Under the pieces are notes generated by a model. It was given only the letters and a program-made list of their open reading frames with translations, had not been told where the DNA came from and did no database searches. A stretch of 63,977 nt of DNA, filler included, from Malassezia furfur (Eukaryota), in assembly GCA_052055015.1 (NCBI GenBank). It is 7 parts of 7 records of this genome, joined end to end, with 100 filler letters (N's around TTAATTAATTAA, not from the genome) between each part and the next. Parts side by side here need not be neighbours in the genome. Positions count along the whole stretch, not along the records: positions 46,949 to 56,220 come from JBQJIT010000429.1; positions 56,321 to 63,977 come from JBQJIT010000489.1; 5 more parts are not named here. One strand, written 5' to 3'. Position 1 is the first letter of the stretch. The number at the start of each line of letters is the position of its first letter. Made by a program: the position numbers and the translations under genes. Shown one piece after another: positions 52,475 through 63,713 of this stretch.

Positions 52475-55400
52475 ATGACGCTACCCCAGTACGTGCAGTC
52501 GATTGTCAAGTACAAGAGCCCGCATCCGCAAGACCTCTCCTTTCAGAAAGGAGCATACATCCGTGTGCTAGGCTTGGCTGAACGAACCGGTGGAGATGAC
52601 GACGACGAGGATGAAGAGGACCACTGGTACATGGGCGAGCTCCTTGACGGGACAAAGCGTGGGCAATTCCCTGCAAGCCTCGTGAAGCCTGCGGACGCAC
52701 AGGACATTGTTTCTCTTGAATCCAGTGCTCCAAGTGCGGGAGCGGCTATGTCTAATGCGGCACCTGCGGCCGCCTTCGCCGTGCCGGTGAATGCGGGGAC
52801 AGACGAAGTGCCGAAAGAGACACCGGTTCCGGCACCGGCTGTGTCGGAGACCGAGCCAGGACTGGTTCGAGGCGAAAGTGAGGCAAGGGAAGAGACCAAG
52901 GTGCCCCCAGCAGTCGTTCCTGCCTATTCGGAGCTTAACGCGGCTCCTATGAACCCCACCTTCTTGGCAACCGATGCAATGACCGGGGGGACCCTCATGG
53001 TCAGGACGGAGACGCTCGAGTTAGACTCTGAATCACTCTCATCTGAGCCACAGCCTATTTCTCCTGAGCCTGCGGTGCCTGTCGCAGCACCCCCCAAACC
53101 AACCACACCCGTGGAAGAGCAAAAGCCTCACGCACCGACCCCATCTGACTCAGAAGTGCCTGACCCTAGCCGCCTCTCCCTCCGTGAGCGTATTGCTGCC
53201 TTCAACAAGCCCATTGAAAAGGCGCCGCCACCACCTATCCCGCGTGGCAAGCCCGGTGGTTGGAAGCGGCCGCCGCCGCCAGACAATGGACAGAAGCCGC
53301 CGATGCCCGCTCCCACCGAGGCACGAGCCGCCACTGGCCAGGCGCCTGCACCCGCGCCTGTCGGTGAGCCGGTGCGTAACGATATGCCTGGCTCGTTTAG
53401 CGCATCGGACGCCAAGAGCAGCATCAAGATGAGCCTCAAGGAGCGTATGGCTGCGCTACAGCGGAACGAGGCCGAGATCAAGCCCCCGGTTGCGCCTCCG
53501 CCTCGCAAACTCAGCCGCGATATCGAGACGGAGGGTGCGCCCGAGGAGGACGTGGATGAGGACGAGAAGGCGCGTCGCGCTGCCATCACGCAGCGCATGG
53601 CGCGCATAGGCGGCCAAAAAATGGGCCCCTTTGGCGGTATCCCTGCCCCGACGCAGCCACCTTCCAAGGCTGCTGCCCCCGAAGGGGCTGCGGCACCGGC
53701 CCAGGCGGATGGCGTGGCATCCGGCGCGGAGCTGGCCGAGCCGGCCGAAACGGCCGCGCAGGTCACTGTGCCGAACGCCGACACGGGCAGCGCCGACACC
53801 CCCGAAACGCTCGTCATCCCTCGGCGTACGGCGGCCCCCCGGACGCGGCGGCCGAAACCGGCTGCGTCTGTGCCCGCCCCCACCGACGCCGAGGCCCTGG
53901 CGCCGGATACGACCGCTGCCACGGGCGCCACGTCGCCGGATCTGACTCCAGCCGTGCCAGTAGTACAGGGGTCGGACGACCTCTCGAAACCGGTGGGCGC
54001 CGATACTGCATCAGAAATGGCGCCCAGCGACGCCCCGCCAGCTACAAGCGAAGCGGTTGCTACAGAGCCTGAAGCGCCCGTGCACTCTGCATCGGCCGAG
54101 CCGGACCCCAGCGTGCCGTCGACCGCACCGGAGCAAGACACGGTGCGGGAGTCGATGTCGGGATCCCCGGAGGCGCTTGGTGCAGTTTCCTCGACGGGCG
54201 CACCCCTCACCGACGAGTTCGCGCTGCCCTCGGCCCAGTCGGAGACGACGCGCCCGGAGCTGTTGGCCGATATGCGCGCACACCGCGAGCCGTATGCGCA
54301 CACGGCGCCGGCAGAGGAACAACCGCCGTCGGTACCCTCGAGTCCCGTCAACTTCAAGTCCCCAGTGCTCGAAGCAGTGCCTACGCGTCCGGCACCCGTG
54401 CCCGAGACGACGGCGAGCCATGGCTCGGCGGTTTCGGAAGTTCAGCCCGCTCCGCCGGTGGCGCCAACACCTTTGACGGAGCCGAGCACCGCCGCGCCTT
54501 CCGTTGAAACGGAGAGGTCCACGACGGCGTTGCCGTCGCACCCACCTCCCTTGGCCCCAGCCCAGGAAGCAACGCCCGTCGTCCCGGATGCTGTGCCTAT
54601 CAAGCGCGCTGTGCCTCCGCCTCGGAGTGCGCCGCCACCGCCCATGGCCTCCGTCGCGCCGGTCGCAGGGGCAACTCGTGAAGTGCCTGGGCAAGATGTG
54701 CCGCCGACGACTGTACCCCGGCCAGCAGAGGTGGAGTCGGACGACTTTGTGGAGCAGCGTCTCCAGCTCGAGCAGCTGCTTGGTGAGGAGCAGGGTGCAT
54801 CTGGGCAGAGCAGCTCTGCGCTTCCCTACATCCAAGGAAAGGAACCCGGCACTTTGATGCAGGAAGCCTCTAAGCTCCCCCACGTCCCCGGAGAGGCACC
54901 TGCAAGCGAGCCACAGGAGGCCGGACAACCTGCATTTACGCGCATCACCAGGGTGCCTCCAACGCCCACCGAAGAGTTGGCGGCCCCGCCTATTGCTCGC
55001 ACTGAGCGCGTTGCACCTGTGCCACCGCTTGTGCTGGACTCCAAGATGGAGGCACTAAGTCCACCGCAAGGTGCCAACCTGAACCGAACGGACTCGACGG
55101 CATCGGAAAAGAACATGCGCTCTGCGCCGCTCTTTGCCCCGTCGCCCTCCGATGTCAGTTTCCCCACCTTTGCGTCGCCGCCTCAGCGCGAGTCAGAAGA
55201 ACCGCATCATACGGAAGAAGACGCCGAGCAGGAACGCCGTGCACAGCTCGCGCAACGTATGGCGCGGATTGGCGGTCAGCGTATTGCCGGGATCCCTGGC
55301 GTACCTGTTGCTGCGCGTCCAATGGCTCCGCCTTCGCGGGCTGCACCTGAACCTATGCTCGCTCCACAGACGCCTTCTGCGCAACCGGAGGCACCTGTGG

Positions 55401-55654
55401 TGCCGCAAGAGCCGACGCTGCCCGATGTGCCTGTGACCGGAACGCCGGACATAGAGGCGGCACCGATTGCGCACCCGCAGCGGCCTGTGCGCCGTGCGCC
55501 GACGCTTCCGCCGGACGTACAACTACACCATGACGGCGTTCTCGAGCCAGCTGAATCGCATGTGCAGCCCTCGCGTGCGCCGCCATCTCGTCCGCCTCCG
55601 TCGCGTGCTCCGCCCCCTGCGGGGGAGGTCCCGGAACGGCACGAAACCCTTTAG
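52475..55654 (+). CDS. SH3-domain proline-rich actin-patch protein, Bbc1-like
   Basis: N-terminal SH3 (YKSPHPQDLSF, WYMG, GQFP); SLRERIAAF; two RRA...RMARIGG motifs. Confidence 0.75.
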   Translation: MTLPQYVQSIVKYKSPHPQDLSFQKGAYIRVLGLAERTGGDDDDEDEEDHWYMGELLDGTKRGQFPASLVKPADAQDIVSLESSAPSAGAAMSNAAPAAAFAVPVNAGTDEVPKETPVPAPAVSETEPGLVRGESEAREETKVPPAVVPAYSELNAAPMNPTFLATDAMTGGTLMVRTETLELDSESLSSEPQPISPEPAVPVAAPPKPTTPVEEQKPHAPTPSDSEVPDPSRLSLRERIAAFNKPIEKAPPPPIPRGKPGGWKRPPPPDNGQKPPMPAPTEARAATGQAPAPAPVGEPVRNDMPGSFSASDAKSSIKMSLKERMAALQRNEAEIKPPVAPPPRKLSRDIETEGAPEEDVDEDEKARRAAITQRMARIGGQKMGPFGGIPAPTQPPSKAAAPEGAAAPAQADGVASGAELAEPAETAAQVTVPNADTGSADTPETLVIPRRTAAPRTRRPKPAASVPAPTDAEALAPDTTAATGATSPDLTPAVPVVQGSDDLSKPVGADTASEMAPSDAPPATSEAVATEPEAPVHSASAEPDPSVPSTAPEQDTVRESMSGSPEALGAVSSTGAPLTDEFALPSAQSETTRPELLADMRAHREPYAHTAPAEEQPPSVPSSPVNFKSPVLEAVPTRPAPVPETTASHGSAVSEVQPAPPVAPTPLTEPSTAAPSVETERSTTALPSHPPPLAPAQEATPVVPDAVPIKRAVPPPRSAPPPPMASVAPVAGATREVPGQDVPPTTVPRPAEVESDDFVEQRLQLEQLLGEEQGASGQSSSALPYIQGKEPGTLMQEASKLPHVPGEAPASEPQEAGQPAFTRITRVPPTPTEELAAPPIARTERVAPVPPLVLDSKMEALSPPQGANLNRTDSTASEKNMRSAPLFAPSPSDVSFPTFASPPQRESEEPHHTEEDAEQERRAQLAQRMARIGGQRIAGIPGVPVAARPMAPPSRAAPEPMLAPQTPSAQPEAPVVPQEPTLPDVPVTGTPDIEAAPIAHPQRPVRRAPTLPPDVQLHHDGVLEPAESHVQPSRAPPSRPPPSRAPPPAGEVPERHETL

Positions 55655-55710
55655 TAGGTTAGTCTCATGTGCATAAATTGTGAATCCGTCCATTTCCTCC
55701 ACATTGCTCC

Positions 55711-56220
55711 ATGGTCCGGTTCAAGGTAGGCGCGCTGCTCATGGCAGAATCGGTGGTTGCTGTTGTCTCTGGCTGGCGAACCAGACCATGTGAGCGACAA
55801 TCTCAGTGAACTTGTGTCGCAGATCGAGGCGCGAAAGTACTTGCCCAAAGCCCCGAGCGTCAATGCCTACGGAATTGCCAAGGCGCTGCGTGCGTCCCTA
55901 CAGCAGAACTTTGGCGACGCGGCTGCAGGCGCATACGGCGGGCCATTGACGTGCAAATATTATTCACAGAAGTCGGGCATCGCGATTGTACGGTGCGCGC
56001 GTGAGGGAATGCGCTATGTGTGGGCGTCGGCGACGCTGCTGAACGAAATTGACGGACAGCGCGTCCGCATCTGTACCTATGCATGCGGCGGTACGTGTAA
56101 GGCTCACACAGGCACTATCCGTAAGCTCCAACGCAAAGCAATCGCGATTGACAGGTACTATATTTTGCAACTGGAACAGGCCCAGCATGACATGGCCAAG
56201 ATACCCCCTCCCCCCGCTAT
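55711..56220 (+). CDS. POP5: RNase P/MRP subunit Pop5, 3' truncated
   Basis: MVRFK-NRWLL, NFGD, KYYS, IVRCAR, GTIRK. Introns near 55726-55747 and at 56091-56111. Confidence 0.9.
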
Positions 56221-56320
56221 NNNNNNNNNNNNNNNNNNNNNNNNNNNNNNNNNNNNNNNNNNNNTTAATTAATTAANNNNNNNNNNNNNNNNNNNNNNNN
56301 NNNNNNNNNNNNNNNNNNNN
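56221..56320. other. Artificial contig linker
   Basis: 44N-TTAATTAATTAA-44N. Confidence 0.99.
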
Positions 56321-56325
56321 AATCA

Positions 56326-57813
56326 ATGAATTTCAACGAAACACCTCCAACTTCGCGCCACAGAACAGACGGGGCAAAGGAAATGATGAACGACTCGGGT
56401 TTATACAACAGACACGAGTCGCAGAGGCACTCCCCCGGTAACGGTGTTGAATACTACAACAACTACGAGCATCATTTGCCAGCAACGATGCTGTCTAGAC
56501 CAAATCGACGCCTCCCCCCCAGCCCCGAATGGAGCCCGGCTCCGTCGACCGATTCGGTTGGATCGGACCTGGTTCACAACAACGTGCAGCAACAGCCGTC
56601 CTATGTTGGCTATATCAAGTCGCCGGTGGATGCTGTGTTGCTTCTCGCTGCGTGTGATATGCCGTGTTCTCCGTCCAACGAGCGGAAGAGCCAAATTCCT
56701 CGCCGGATAACGCGGCGATTGTTGGACGATGAGCGTGCCTCACTGATTCGTTCCGGCTCTATTTTCGTCTGGGATGAGCACGAAGCGAGCATGCGCCGCT
56801 GGACGGATGGCAGGTGCTGGAGTGCCAGCCGAGTAAGCGGTTGCTTTCTCACTTACCGCGAACTCGAGATGCGCAAAAAGTCCTCGAGCGACACTGCGAA
56901 AGAGGGTCCGTTGCAAAACCTCTACAAAGCGGATGGCTTGATCAAACAGTCGTTCAGCATCACAACGGCATCCAACCGCAAGCTGCATGTGATCTCTTAC
57001 TACCGTAAGCAAGACGTTCGCATGGGTCTGTTGCAGCGCGTGAGCGAGGACCCTCGCATCACTGGCAATGGCCCAGGCTCTTGGGGAATCCATGTGGATG
57101 AGAAAGAGTTTGGCGAGCTGCTGAATCGCGAAGAAGAGACGCTGCCGGAGTCCGTTTCGGTCTCCCGCTCCGGCGAATTGCCACCGACCCCGGCGGGCTC
57201 CGAGGGCCGCGGAGTGAAGCGCTCCAACGCGGAGTTGGACAATGAAGAACGTCCTGCCAAGATCCATTCCCTTCCGCCTGTTCTTCCGCGCGGGCGACCG
57301 CTGCTTCCCTCGCACTACGAGCGAGAGCACGACAACTACCTGGCATACCCTACGCCTTATATACCTGGTGAAGATTATGCGATGAGGAGCCACCGTTATG
57401 AGCGGAATGGCCCACACATGTATCACCCAGCGCCGAATTATGGCCAACCGATTGCCCCTTGCGACCCTTACGCGCGTCCGAGCAATGCGCCCAGCACGGC
57501 GATGCCCCTGCACAGTGCACCCTCCAACTACTCAAAGACGCTACTCCCTCAAACACACCTCACTCGTCTTCCTTATGCTCCGCGTACCAACCAACCCATT
57601 CCCTATTCCCCTCGTCATTCGGACATGGAGCAAGATTCCATCGAGGCCTTGATCAGCCTCCGCTCCCACCCTACTCACGGCCATGTATATCATCAACCCG
57701 CTGTACCACTTCTTTCCCGCGATGTTATGGGCACCAACCCTTCGCGTACACGCCCTGCACCCGTCTCCGCACCCGACCGAGACGCTTTGCAAAAACTGGG
57801 TGTGCGTGTTTAA
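56326..57813 (+). CDS. WOPR (Gti1/Pac2) family transcription factor, Pac2-like
   Basis: YVGYIKSPVDAVLL, IRSGSIFVWDE, MRRWTDGRCWSASRV, YKADGLIKQSFS, LHVISYY. Confidence 0.92.
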   Translation: MNFNETPPTSRHRTDGAKEMMNDSGLYNRHESQRHSPGNGVEYYNNYEHHLPATMLSRPNRRLPPSPEWSPAPSTDSVGSDLVHNNVQQQPSYVGYIKSPVDAVLLLAACDMPCSPSNERKSQIPRRITRRLLDDERASLIRSGSIFVWDEHEASMRRWTDGRCWSASRVSGCFLTYRELEMRKKSSSDTAKEGPLQNLYKADGLIKQSFSITTASNRKLHVISYYRKQDVRMGLLQRVSEDPRITGNGPGSWGIHVDEKEFGELLNREEETLPESVSVSRSGELPPTPAGSEGRGVKRSNAELDNEERPAKIHSLPPVLPRGRPLLPSHYEREHDNYLAYPTPYIPGEDYAMRSHRYERNGPHMYHPAPNYGQPIAPCDPYARPSNAPSTAMPLHSAPSNYSKTLLPQTHLTRLPYAPRTNQPIPYSPRHSDMEQDSIEALISLRSHPTHGHVYHQPAVPLLSRDVMGTNPSRTRPAPVSAPDRDALQKLGVRV

Positions 57814-57934
57814 AATTCTGTAGCTGCCAAATGCGCCATTTCCCTCTAGTTTCGTTGCGTGTGTGTCGGTCATAGTTCCCTACCTTGTGCATATCTCCAC
57901 ATCAACACGTGCAGCGCCCACAACACCGGCCGCC

Positions 57935-58391
57935 ATGCAGCAACAGGCACACATGGAGCGGCAGGGGCTATACCCGACATCCTATCCTGTCTCAGCACGA
58001 GCAGGTGCGTGTTCGCATCTAACCTACAGTCTATGAGCCGAGAGCACCTGAAAGAAAGCGGCGGTATAAGCCGGGTACGGTCGCACTGCGGGAAATCCGC
58101 CGATACCAACGCTCGACCGACCTGTTGATCTCCAAGCTGCCATTTGCTCGAGTTGTGCGCGAGGTCGCTGACGAGTTCATCGAGGCAAATTATGCGTCAA
58201 GTGCTAGCGCTGTTGGGCTGCGGTGGCAGAGCTCGGCGATCCTTGCGTTACAAGAGGCTACTGAGGCCTTCCTTGTGCATTTGTTTGAGGACGCGAACTT
58301 GTGCGCTATCCATGCCAAACGCGTAACGATCATGCAGCGCGACATTCAGCTGGCGCGGCGCATTCGTGGACATTGGGGCGACATCCGGTAG
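57935..58391 (+). CDS. CSE4: Centromeric histone H3 variant CENP-A
   Basis: [25 protein letters not shown], extended loop 1, LRWQ, LVHLFED, divergent N-tail. One intron near 58005-58029. Confidence 0.9.
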
Positions 58392-58408
58392 TGGTACAGG
58401 GCATGTTC

Positions 58409-59868
58409 CTATGAAAGCTGCAGGTGCGGTTTCTTGCGCTGTACCCAGCTGTCGAGCGCGCGCCAAAAGAAGGCCACAAGCTGTTTGTCCGTATGGCGCT
58501 TGGTGCGATCCACCTGGTATAAGCACATGAGACCCCCACCACCCACTCACCTGGAGCTCGGTTACGTTCCAATCGCGCACTTGAGGGTTCGGCGCGTCGT
58601 TGTTCCACCGCACATACACACCCATCGCTGTGTTAGGTGCGCGCGTCGCCAGACATACCATTTTTGAATAGATCACGGGGGTCGTTCCAGCGATATGTCT
58701 TGAACTGCCACGTTTGGCCCGTCGTAAATACCGCAATGACACGATTCCATGCATCCTGACCGGACCCAATCGGGCCAGTACTAAGCCGGTTGATCGCCTC
58801 AGCACTGTCCACAACCAAGATGCGACGAGAGAGCTGCGGTCCACGAGCCGCCCCCGACCCCTCGTCGTCCGAACGGGTCTGGATCGTGACGACCATCTCC
58901 GGCACACCGCGCGCTTGCCGCCGCGCCTCCTCGGGCGGAACAAATACACCATCTTGCAGGAGTGACTTGACGTTAAACATGTTGACCAGCGCCGTGGGAG
59001 AGTTGGACAGCAGGATTATGGGATCTTGTGCACGAGACCGGCGCGCCGTATTGGCAGCAGGTGCCGGTGTACGTGCAGACGCCGACGATTTGGAAGGCGC
59101 CTGAAGTTGACGCTTTGCGCTCTCGAGACGCGGCTTCAGCAGTGCACGCAGTCCATAGGTATCCGAGGGCTTGTTTGGGTGTGCAGAAAGCGCACCAGCG
59201 TCGGCCTCATTGGCGAGGGCATGCATACCTGCCAAAGCATCGTTGCGGTCCAAGAGGACCACTTCGTACTTTGCACGCAACGTCCGAACAAACTCGGCAT
59301 CGGCAGCATCTGGGACATATGGGCGCTTGGTAGTGGGCGCCGCCGAGGGCGCACCCTTGTCTGCCTTCTCATCCGTGGGTCCAGGAGCCGCCTCAGCCTT
59401 GGCCTGGGCCCCAGACACCACGACACCCTCCCATTCGCTGCGCTTTCCGAGCAAATACTCGAGCACACCGGGGCGTTCCAGCGCAGGGATGGCAACAACC
59501 TTTGCGGTGGCAGCGTTGCGGAGGTATGCACCTGCACGCTCCGAGCGCTGCTGCACGGCAAAGACCAAAGCACTCAGAGAGAGGAATTGGTCAGGTGCCG
59601 ATTCTGGCGTAAGCTCGTTTGCCTCTGTCGCCTTCTCGCGAGACCGGAGCATCCGCACAGGCGTGTCCGCCGCAAAGACGAGCTCCGGCGCACTCTCGTC
59701 GTGTGCCAAAGAAGACACGTTGATCTGCTTGACGACGACCTGCGTCGCAGCCGCAACATCTTCTACTGCCTTGCCATCGTCTGAGCGCAGCTCTACAAGA
59801 GTCAGTGGCTCATCGGGTAACGCGCTCAGCGCGGCACGAAGGCACAGCAGAGGATCCGGCGCGCTCAT
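58409..59868 (-). CDS. CDC73: Paf1 complex subunit Cdc73
   Basis: DPLLCLR, DPIILLS, NMFNVKSLL, WNRVIAVFTTGQTWQFK, then spliced VDRTKRHTD. Confidence 0.93.
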
Positions 59869-60089
59869 CGCTCCAGGGATCGACGTCTGGACGTGGACGT
59901 TCGGTATTGCTTACATAAGACTATGTCCTGGGGGAAGCCTACGGCGTGCAGCAGAGCGCGTGCGGACAAGTTGAACAAGCGCGCTCACGACAAGCCCGTG
60001 CGCTGCCTTGGCGAGGAGACGGAGAATGGCACCTACCAGCTCCACACCTCGCTCGGCATGTAACGGGACTCGGCTGAGCCGTAGGCGCA

Positions 60090-61739
60090 TCAAAAATGGG
60101 CCACGACAGCCCAAATGCCTGCCGCCCAGCAGGCGAAGATGGCAAACGCCGAGAGTGCAGCCGCGATTCGATTGTACATCACGTAGACCTCGACATGTTT
60201 CCATCGTTCTGGCTTGATTAAGGAGCGAGATGGCGCATCGCATTGGGAGTGCAGGTAACTAAGGCCCTTGTGTGCCTCGTTTTCCGCGGCCGAACGCCCT
60301 TTGCTCTCCTTTGCGCAGGCTGTAAGGGAAAAGGGCGGACCGTATGGGTGGAGTCCAGAGCGGTAGGTGCTGAAAGAAGGCGTGGACCACGGCGACAAAA
60401 GCGCACCCGCATCATCGAGTCCCCAGCCACCCAGAAGCCAAAGCCATGGCATTCCCAGAAACCCATACCAGAATACGCGTTCGGCATTGGATTTGCTCTC
60501 CTTAGAGACAGGCGGATGCAGCGCAGCAAATGGTACTCGCTTTCGCGAACTGAGCTTGCTCGAAGTCGACGAGAGTGTGTCGTCCCAGTGGTGAGCGGAT
60601 GGGGAGGGAGAGGGTATAGAAACAAGCTCGGGCGTGAAGTTCGAGCGGGGTATACGGTGCTGAACCTCTCCATCCAGCTTTGCAGAGAGACGCAGCGGTC
60701 GGAGATGGTTGGCAGCTTCGTCGCGGTCAAAGGAAGTATTATTTAGCCCATGAAGCGCACCAGGGGAAGGCGGATTCAGCCCGTGGAGTGCACCGGGGGA
60801 AGGCGGATGGAGTCCATGGAGCGCACCAGGAGACGGAGGCTCATCAATATGATGGGGCATTTCCTGACTCCGCACAGGGGGCTTTCTAAGGGCATCCTTT
60901 GCAGGCAGAAGTCGTGACGGCGCGGGCTGACACGCTTGCTGTGAAACGAGTCGCAATGGCCGCAGGGATGGGCCTGCAAGAGGCGACGGACGCGAGCTGG
61001 TCGGATATGCTGAATCCTTTGCAGAAAAGACATGCGGTTCTTTTCGGTCCAAGTAGATCGGAGCATGCAGCCGGGGCATGCGGAGTCGATACTCGCCGTG
61101 CGTCTCTTGTCGACCTGGACGAAAGATCTCTTCGTGGTGGCTAGCATCGTGCATATTAAGCACTTCGCTATCCGCAGATCCAACAGCGGTCGATGTAGAA
61201 GACACGGGCGATCCCATGACCGGTGTCGAAGCCGAGCATGGCTCCACTCGTCGCGTCTGTGACCATAGTGCACGCTGTAAAGAGACTCGACTTTCCTCCA
61301 AGCATCGACGTTGATAGGCATGCATCGCTTCTTCTGACCGTATTTCGGTCATGTTCCCCTCAAATACCAGACCGAGACCGTGCAAAGGTCGTTCCTCGCG
61401 TCGTGGGAATTCCGAGCGACCAAGCGATTCCGGCGAGCGAGTCGCTACCGTTCCCATGTCAGAGAACATGGGCGATGAACCCGATGTGGTTGAGCTTGTG
61501 TTTGTCCTTGGACTAGGCTGAGAGAAGACTGGAGGCAACACGGTGTACCGCGATGGCATCTGCGATGGCAGCGAAGGGTTCCGATTCGCCGACTCGGTGT
61601 AGTGTGCCGCATTGCGGGGATTCGAGTCGTAAAATGAGCTAAATAGCTCGCTCCCGTCAGAAGTTGCAATCCAGTGTGCACTGCTGTCTGCCTCGTACGA
61701 CCATTCGCGCTCACCTGGCAACTCGGGTCGCGAGGCCAT
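60090..61739 (-). CDS. Uncharacterised Ser/Pro-rich membrane protein
   Basis: Long ORF with C-terminal hydrophobic segments FWYGFLGMPWLWLLGGW and IAAALSAFAIFACWAAGIWAVV. Confidence 0.65.
   Translation of the reverse strand: MASRPELPGEREWSYEADSSAHWIATSDGSELFSSFYDSNPRNAAHYTESANRNPSLPSQMPSRYTVLPPVFSQPSPRTNTSSTTSGSSPMFSDMGTVATRSPESLGRSEFPRREERPLHGLGLVFEGNMTEIRSEEAMHAYQRRCLEESRVSLQRALWSQTRRVEPCSASTPVMGSPVSSTSTAVGSADSEVLNMHDASHHEEIFRPGRQETHGEYRLRMPRLHAPIYLDRKEPHVFSAKDSAYPTSSRPSPLAGPSLRPLRLVSQQACQPAPSRLLPAKDALRKPPVRSQEMPHHIDEPPSPGALHGLHPPSPGALHGLNPPSPGALHGLNNTSFDRDEAANHLRPLRLSAKLDGEVQHRIPRSNFTPELVSIPSPSPSAHHWDDTLSSTSSKLSSRKRVPFAALHPPVSKESKSNAERVFWYGFLGMPWLWLLGGWGLDDAGALLSPWSTPSFSTYRSGLHPYGPPFSLTACAKESKGRSAAENEAHKGLSYLHSQCDAPSRSLIKPERWKHVEVYVMYNRIAAALSAFAIFACWAAGIWAVVAHF
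60742..60840 (-). repeat. 33-bp coding tandem repeat, 3 copies (PPSPGALHGL[H/N])
   Basis: Three consecutive 11-aa units that differ mainly at synonymous sites. Confidence 0.9.
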
Positions 61740-62267
61740 ATGTGGAAGAGGCAGGGATCGCCCCTGTCTCGCCGTCCGATCCGAACGAAAATCGCGGGAT
61801 GATGTTACAATTTTTGAGTCGACATCATTGTACCTGACTGCAGCATGCTTTCGCCAGCCAGTGTCCCTGTGCATGGCTCTTCCCGCGCGGCACCACAACG
61901 CGCGGTTGGGCTCCCAAAACACCGGCACGAACTGTGGAGAAAGTGTTTGCTCCACACTGGCATTTCACGTGCCTATCCCCATGGTCGCGACGACCCATGT
62001 GGCTGGAGAGTGGAGGCCCCGGGCGGCAGGCCAGGGAGATGCGCGGACAACCACGGAGGGGCACGGACGGCAAAAGGCCTCAGCTGAACTAAGCAGAAGT
62101 CTCAGTAGGAGTTAGCGGGTTGGACACCTTTGATTGCGCGAGAAAAGGCCCGTGCGATCGGAGGTAAAAATTCGATGCGGCATCCCCCCCGAGGGTACGG
62201 GAAGGTAACGTATGACCAAAAACCTATATAAGAGCCTACGCCACTACGACGAAAGACCATTACGAGG

Positions 62268-63596
62268 ATGACGCAAACAACACCTAAGATGCTTCAAATC
62301 TCCCCAGAGTACTACAGCGCCAAGCCGCCGGCGGGTCAGCCCGCTGTGGGCACGATGCCCACCGATCGTATTCCGGAAGGGGCCAAACTCCCTCTACTGC
62401 TTCAGGAACTGGAGATCCCCCGGGGAACGGGAACGTTTACGCTGAAGAACCGGGCTAGTGTGCCGCCGATGTGCATGTATTCCGCCCATGACGGATTCCC
62501 TACGCCTTTCCATATCGCTCACCATGGCCAGTTTGCGCTGCATGGCATGGGCTCCGTTGTCGTTGAGGCTACGGCGGTATCGCCTGAAGGGCGCATTTCT
62601 CCGGCGGACCTCGGTATTTGGAAAGATGAGCAAATTGCCGCGCATGCGAGCCTAGTCCAGACGATCAAGTCGATCGGGCCGGGTGTCTACTTTGGCCTTC
62701 AGATCGCACATGCAGGACGTAAGGCCTCTACGCCGACGCCGTGGTTGCCGGGTACGGACAATTCTAAGCCATACGTGGAACAGAAAGATGGCGGATGGCC
62801 CGAGGACGTAATTGCTCCCTCTGCAATCCCTGCAGCTGAGGGCCACATCGTTCCGCACGAGATGACCATCGAAGAGATTCACAACATCGAAAAGGCCTTT
62901 GTGGATGGCGCTGCCCGCGCGTACCGCGCTGGTTACGACTTCGTCGAGATCCACTCCGCGCATGGCTATATGCTCTCCTCTTTCAATTCGCCTCTGTCGA
63001 ACAAGCGGACGGACGAATATGGCGGCTCATTCGAGAACCGTACGCGTCTGCTGCGCAACATCGCGAAGGGTATCCGTGGGCAATTCCCGGACAAGGGTCT
63101 TTGGGTGCGCATAAACGGTACCGATGCCGTCGAGTACACGCACGAAGACAGCTGGACGATCGAGTCGACGAAGCAGATCGCGCCTCTCCTGGAAGAGGCC
63201 GGTGTGGACGTTTTGGACATTAGCAGTGGAGGCACGGTGGCCTACAACCGCTTCAACCGCGTTCCCGGTTACCAGCTCCCGCTCTCGGGTGCGATCAAGG
63301 ATCTCGGCCTTAAGCGGATGAAGATCAGCGCAGTTGGTGTGCTTCAGGATGGAACGGAGCATGAACCGACTAAGATTGGTCTATTGGCTGAGGAGTCGCT
63401 GCAAGACGGGAAGGCTGACATCGTCTCAGTCGGGCGAGGCTCGCTAAAAAACCCCAACTGGGTTGAATTGGCCGCGTGCAACATGGTTGGTGTGCCGACT
63501 GTTAGTACAGTCCAGTATGAATATGCCGTTGCATCACTGAAGCGCTTCCAATTCGGGGTTTCGGAGAAGACCAACAATTTCATTACAGGCAAATAG
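62268..63596 (+). CDS. NADH:flavin oxidoreductase / Old Yellow Enzyme (YqjM-like)
   Basis: LKNR, PPMCMYSA, EATAVSPEGRISP, QIAHAGRKAS, EIHSAHGY, NKRTDEYGGSFENR. TATATAA at about 62225. Confidence 0.93.
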   Translation: MTQTTPKMLQISPEYYSAKPPAGQPAVGTMPTDRIPEGAKLPLLLQELEIPRGTGTFTLKNRASVPPMCMYSAHDGFPTPFHIAHHGQFALHGMGSVVVEATAVSPEGRISPADLGIWKDEQIAAHASLVQTIKSIGPGVYFGLQIAHAGRKASTPTPWLPGTDNSKPYVEQKDGGWPEDVIAPSAIPAAEGHIVPHEMTIEEIHNIEKAFVDGAARAYRAGYDFVEIHSAHGYMLSSFNSPLSNKRTDEYGGSFENRTRLLRNIAKGIRGQFPDKGLWVRINGTDAVEYTHEDSWTIESTKQIAPLLEEAGVDVLDISSGGTVAYNRFNRVPGYQLPLSGAIKDLGLKRMKISAVGVLQDGTEHEPTKIGLLAEESLQDGKADIVSVGRGSLKNPNWVELAACNMVGVPTVSTVQYEYAVASLKRFQFGVSEKTNNFITGK

Positions 63597-63713
63597 CTGA
63601 AGCTAGCATTGGACGTTGCACGTGGCTCCACGTGGTTTGTTTCCGACTCCCCGAGTTTGACCGTGAAACGGCTTGATTTGCAATCACCTAGGTTCACTAC
63701 CGTCACCATCGAA

